14,310 nucleotides of DNA from Octopus sinensis. Taxonomy: Eukaryota. The DNA lies in the NCBI RefSeq assembly GCF_006345805.1, contig NW_021825844.1, forward strand, positions 1 to 14,310. Reading direction: 5' to 3'. This document shows positions 9,857-14,310 of the stretch, in pieces. The translations under genes were made by a program, and so were the position numbers. Numbering within the stretch: position 1 is the stretch's first letter; each line of letters opens with the position of its first letter. The notes under the pieces were generated by a model. It was not told the origin of the DNA. It saw nothing but the letters and a program-made list of their open reading frames with translations, and did no database searches.

Positions 9857-9902
<46 letters not shown>
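9532..9902 (+). repeat. Compound trinucleotide array (GTT)(ATT)(CAT)(AGT) with an internal (GGCAGCAGC)x12 minisatellite
   Basis: Units read directly; the 9-mer array spans 9654-9761. Confidence 0.95.
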
Positions 9903-10438
9903 TATGGTCTTGTGCCAAAATTTGAAGCTATTATAATGGTTTTGTTTTTATTCTTTTTTATTTATCGTTATTTGCCACTTGAAAGAGAAGGAAAATGGAG
10001 AGATGTACAACGCGTCAGTTAATTTTGCCGAACAGTGGTTGAAGGTGGCGCGAGAATAGACATTTTTTAAAAAAAGGAAATACTATGAATATATGAGTGT
10101 AAAATGAGAACATAATTTCATATAGCAAACTTTCAATTCCCTTTTCACTGCAATAAGCATTCTGCGGAGTATGATCACTGGCTTTATGTGGCTGTCCCTC
10201 CACTGTGACCTAAAATAAGGACGCGACAATATCAACACCACCAACCAAAAAAAAACAAATTACAGACATTTATATTTTGCACATTTGTCCTACTATATCT
10301 TGATATAATGAATAATGAAACTGACAAAATCTTCTAGTAGAATGTCCTACAGTATTTGTTCCTCTTCATTTTCTCTGTGGCCTGCATTAAAATTCTTGTC
10401 CTTCTCCCCTCCAGAGTTTATAGAATAAAATACAAATC

Positions 10439-10879
10439 GGATCTTTTCGGTTTAAACGGCAGTTTTTTTCTAGCGGTGTCATATGAAATTGTCCCCCATT
10501 ATTATGACCCTAGTATTGATCCATTGCATTTCAATCTGTTTTAGGGTTAGGGTTAATCAGGGTTAGTTAAGGTTAGGGTTAGGGTTGGGGGTAGGGTATA
10601 TTTTTTCTTCACAAATGTAAATAAACCCAATCTGTTTCTTAAACGAGGGACATATTCATACGGCACAGAATGTTTTCACCTCAATATACGTCATTGATTG
10701 GTTGAAATTGCAGAAATTGAAGAAAAAAAAAACAAATATTTTACAAACTATAGAATTTTCTCAATAAAGCCAAGAGAAAAATATGTTTTAGAAACACATT
10801 TTACCAGTATACGAAGTTTAAAAGTGTTTAGTTACGTGGAAATTATTTTAAAAAACTGCCGTTCAAACCGAAAAGATCC
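10439..10879. mobile_element. 441-bp MITE with 30-bp TIRs and 8-bp TSD; Merlin-like superfamily is a tentative guess
   Basis: Left end GGATCTTTTCGGTTTAAACGGCAGTTTTTT (10439-10468) matches the reverse complement of AAAAAACTGCCGTTCAAACCGAAAAGATCC (10850-10879) at 29/30. TACAAATC is perfectly duplicated at 10431-10438 and 10880-10887. No transposase-like ORF inside. Confidence 0.93.
10541..10596 (+). repeat. Interstitial telomere-like (TTAGGG)n tract inside the MITE
   Basis: Four perfect TTAGGG units plus variants TTAATCAGGG, TTAG, TTAAGG, TTGGGG and GTAGGG. Confidence 0.85.
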
Positions 10880-11837
10880 TACAAATCAAGTTCTGGTGCC
10901 GATGGTATTCATTTACTTCCACGCCTTCCCACATTAACGTCTTAAACACGTTGATACATAAACTATATTTATAAAAATATCATATTTTAAGCATATAACG
11001 CCCACGTACAATATCGACTGGTGATGTCTAGAATGCTTTTGATCGTAGATATAATTAATTTGGGTCGGCTCGGGTTTAACATCATCATCGTTGAAAACAT
11101 AACTAAAAAAATTGAAATTACGTCATGATAATATTTTTTATTTATCATTTCTTGCTCTCACTACATTTGATTATTATAATGTGGAGGTGAAAAACATTGA
11201 CCTTTCACACTTCCAGTATCTTTTCTCGAATTTAACCAGAAAAAAGAAACTCGAACAGCTTTCATTACTTTACTCTACAAGCCGTATCTACGTATCAATT
11301 AAGGAGTTAACGATCAATCCGCTGAAATAGTAACTGAATCTACCTTAACCATATAACCCCATTTTAAAGAAAAGAAGTCACATTTGGATAGTCTTGAATC
11401 GTTCACAATACGTTAAGAATTAAGATGGACAATATTCGAAAACATTTGGTTGTAGGATTATTCAGTTAGAAGTGACGTTTGGTTAAACAAGAACTAGCAC
11501 AACTGCTACAGCAACTAAAGAATATCATAGCGATAGATTTACAGGTCTTATATCCTGGAACAAATGAAATTAAAATATCTTGCAAAATAGTTCAGATACA
11601 TCACATCTATTAAACAGAAATGCATGGTTAAGGCTGCATTGCGATTGACCATAGATTTACTTAATTAAGTTTGATGTATGACTAAAAAAACAATAAGAAA
11701 AATATTAACAGCATAGAATTTAAAGAAAATTAACCTGCTATGCGCGGTTCTTGTAAAAGTCGCTCAAAATGGCTATTTTATTGTCGTGTCGATGTACATA
11801 TGTGTAGGTATTTGTGTACCCTCTCGTATATTGGCGT

Positions 11838-12310
11838 CTGTGTGTGTGTGTGTGTGTGCCTGTGTTTGTCCCCGCCCCGCTTATGTTGGAGTGTTTACGT
11901 CCCTTATATCTTAGCGGTTCGGTAATAGAGAATGATTTAAGGCGGCGAGCTGGCAGAATCGTTAGCACGCCGGGCGAAATGCTTAGCGGTATTTCGTCTG
12001 CCGCTACGTTCTTAGTTCAAATACCGCCGAGGTCGACTTTGCCTTTCATCCTTTCAGGGTTGATTAAATAAGTACCAGTTACGCACTGGGGTCGATGTAA
12101 TCGACTTAATCCGTGTGTCTGTCCTTGTTTGTCCCCTCTATGTTTAGCCCCTTGTGGGTAATAAAGAAACAGGTAACAGAAAATGATAGATCTAGTACCA
12201 AGCATAATGATAAATAAGAACTTGCATCGATTCGTTAGACTAACATCCCTCAAGGCTTTGCTGCACCATGTCCGCAGTCTAATGACTGAAAAAAAATTAA
12301 AAGTTAAAAG
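11838..12310 (+). mobile_element. Diverged 3' half of a SINE-like repeat (host element), interrupted by a younger SINE
   Basis: (GT)n then GTGTTTGTCCCC..GTGTTTACGTCCC..CTTAGCGGTTCGG (to about 11936), resuming after the insert as GATAG..AGTACC..TCGATTC..CCGCAGTCTAATGACTGAAA. The split is supported by the duplication flanking the insert; the family assignment is from memory. Confidence 0.6.
11937..12171 (+). mobile_element. Near full-length tRNA-derived SINE
   Basis: Head GGCGGCGAGCTGGCAGAATCGTTAGC with A-box-like TGGCAGAATCG and B-box-like GTTCAAATACC; central GCCTTTCATCCTTTCAGGGTTGATTAAATAAGTACC; homologous to the minus-strand copy at 3420-3605; flanked by a 14/16 direct repeat. Confidence 0.9.
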
Positions 12311-12997
12311 ATATATAAGAAATGAAATAAAAGACAAGGGAAACAAGAAATTATGTCACGAACTTCATTAGCTGTGTCTGCTATAAGAAGCAATGCTTTC
12401 ATAACTGAGTGCATGTGTGTATCACCCTATAGCGTCCTCAAGCATTCAGCTATGGGTAGATTTCATCCTATGGCGGAAACAGCAGTAAGGTAATGAAGAT
12501 CATTACATAATTTATTGTTCCTTGAGTTCTAACACCAGCTTACTAATATCGCTATACCCAAGAGAAATTTCAGTCGTTTACTATGGCCTGGCGTTTATGT
12601 ACAGATCATTATCATTACATCCACCGTTTATATCTTTGAAGATGCTTTTCTATATCGCCGTAATCTCTTTCCTCTTTACCAACAAGTCAGTATATTTTAG
12701 CTTCTTTCTATTGATGATATATATATGAAAAGCAAAACTATTTCTCTTCGTTCAACAACAAAACTATTTCTGTTCTAATAATTTTGCTAGCTACGCAGGC
12801 GTTTTGTATTGCTGCATTTCCTTTACTATTTATAATAAGTATATTTTTTTTATTACTTTTTATCCTTTATGCTGATGGTACTTCAAAATATTTGAGACTT
12901 CCTAAAGCGACACTTAATAAAATGTGATGTTATTGTGTAGGAAAAAAATTCATTATTTTATTGAAAGTTTTCTCCTCTCATTGATAGTTACTTATGT

Positions 12998-13025
12998 CTA
13001 CTACTACTACTACTACTACTACTAC
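12998..13025 (+). repeat. (CTA)n microsatellite
   Basis: About 9 cta units. Confidence 0.9.
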
Positions 13026-13574
13026 ACTGGTGACTGCGCATGTCAATGCATGCATGTGTTTTCAATTTATGATATTGTGGTTTTAATGTATTATTTTATT
13101 ATTTTCCTTAGAATATGCACACATTCTGACGAATACTATACTTTATAGTTCATCTAAAGAGCCAACATCAGTGGGTTTCTTCTTTCACAGATATGAACGA
13201 TGATTCTAAATTCTATATTTTCAGTATCTTTTATCAGACAACCGTATTATAAATGTTTTACAATAGTTTTCACATTCCAAATGAACAACAAATAATTCTT
13301 ATGTGCTTCAACTTTATTTTCAAGTATATATTAATAATGTATTTGAGAGAATTACTGCATCAGTATCTACAACTACTACAACTACTACTACTAGTTATAC
13401 AGAAACTGGACTTCTGTTAATATTTAACTGCCTGCTTTCTATCCTGTGGCAATACTAGCTGCTTTAGTCATATAATTGATATGAATGGCTATATGCATAG
13501 GCTACAAAATGAACTGCCACAACGTGTAGGCCATTTTGTGCTAAAACCATTTCATTTAACATACATTGGTAAAG

Positions 13575-13829
13575 TATACCGAACAACTTAACACACCTTT
13601 GGTACAATCGAGTTTTTGCATAGACGCAAAGACACACACGCACATACACACTTACATAAACATATATATATGTGTGTTTGTAGTTTTATATATATATATA
13701 CATATCCGATGGGCTTCCTTCAATTTCCGACTACCAAACTCGTTCACAAGGTTTTGGTCGGCCCGAGGCTCTGAGACTGAACCCGGAACCATGTGGTTGG
13801 GAAGCAAACTTCTTACCATGCAGCCTCGC
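13575..13829 (-). mobile_element. tRNA-derived SINE of a second family with an internal (AT/GT) microsatellite; apparently internally deleted
   Basis: Reverse complement reads GCGAGGCTGCATGGTAAGAAGTTTGCTTCCCAACCACATGGTTCCGGGTTCAGTCTC (A-box-like AGGCTGCATGG, B-box-like GGTTCAGTC), then AGCCTCGGGCCGACCAAAACCTTGTG..GGTAGTCGGAAATTGAAGGAAGCCC and a dinucleotide repeat. The boundary near 13575 is approximate. Confidence 0.75.
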
Positions 13830-14045
13830 AATAAAGTAAGAATATAGATTGTGATCTCACATATTTAATGATACATCGAAATTTTTATTATGAAGTTATA
13901 TTAAATTCATGAGCCACGCAATTGTTACACTACATTTTTACAATCTCACATAAAAACTCAGTATAGTTTAGGCATTATTACTCTCTCTCTCCTTTTCTAT
14001 TTCTCTCTTTATAAGTCTCTCTATGCGTATTTGAATGCGTGTGTG

Positions 14046-14047
<2 letters not shown>

Positions 14048-14089
<42 letters not shown>
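14048..14089 (+). repeat. (TG)n microsatellite
   Basis: About 21 perfect TG units. Confidence 0.97.
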
Positions 14090-14091
<2 letters not shown>

Positions 14092-14284
14092 CGATGTCAT
14101 CTCAAATGTCGTAATTTGGCATAATGAAAATATATGTATACGCGATCTTCTTATACCATATTTTGGCCAAGTTTTACAAAGGCTTTTTGTTCAAAATTTG
14201 TAATTGTTTCAACCATTTCGCTTTCACTGGTTCAACTAATGAAATGTTTCGGGCAATTAAACTGCCGAGTTTTAAAAATAATCG

Positions 14285-14310
14285 ATTTCTTTTTTTGTTT
14301 TGTAGAATAA
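14285..14310 (+). other. Probable 3' splice acceptor (TTTCTTTTTTTGTTTTGTAG|AATAA, AG at 14304-14305)
   Basis: Long T-rich tract ending in TAG with no other AG in the preceding 30 nt; a CTAAT branch-like motif near 14236. Only 5 nt of putative exon are visible. Confidence 0.4.

Noticed and set aside
10541-10596. True telomere or chromosome-fusion scar
   Set aside because: Only ~56 bp, degenerate, single orientation and enclosed within a TIR/TSD-bounded element.
11941-12030. tRNA gene (also the head at 13770-13829)
   Set aside because: A/B-box-like motifs are present, but I cannot build a complete cloverleaf and the sequence continues into SINE body; these are tRNA-derived SINE heads.
12433-12495. 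57-nt candidate exon ending in AAG|GTAATG
   Set aside because: Acceptor lacks a polypyrimidine tract and the only open frame is unrecognisable.

Overview
AT-rich, repeat-saturated eukaryotic non-coding DNA with no intact protein-coding gene, RNA gene or CRISPR array that I can support. The dense (AT)n, (AC)n, (GATA)n, (AAT)n and (TAG)n tracts and the style of the tRNA-derived SINEs look like a cephalopod (Octopus-like) genome; this is pattern recognition, not a database result. Almost all listed ORFs are microsatellite artefacts. Interpretable elements: two internally deleted mariner copies (5621-6132 on +; a 520-bp copy with both TIRs and TA duplications at 6808-7327 on -); the 3' end of a CR1/L2-group LINE (about 3606-3920); four SINE copies, one nested in another with a 16-bp duplication; a ~535-bp non-coding element embedded in an (AAT)n tract; a ~72-bp-arm inverted repeat at 6204-6764; and a 441-bp MITE with 30-bp TIRs and a perfect 8-bp target duplication that carries a TTAGGG telomere-like, G4-capable module (10439-10879). 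A donor-like site at 28|29 and a strong acceptor at 14305|14306 suggest the window may be mostly intron on the + strand, but this is unproven. I see no convincing new multi-gene system. The best leads are the telomeric-repeat MITE and the AAT-embedded element.
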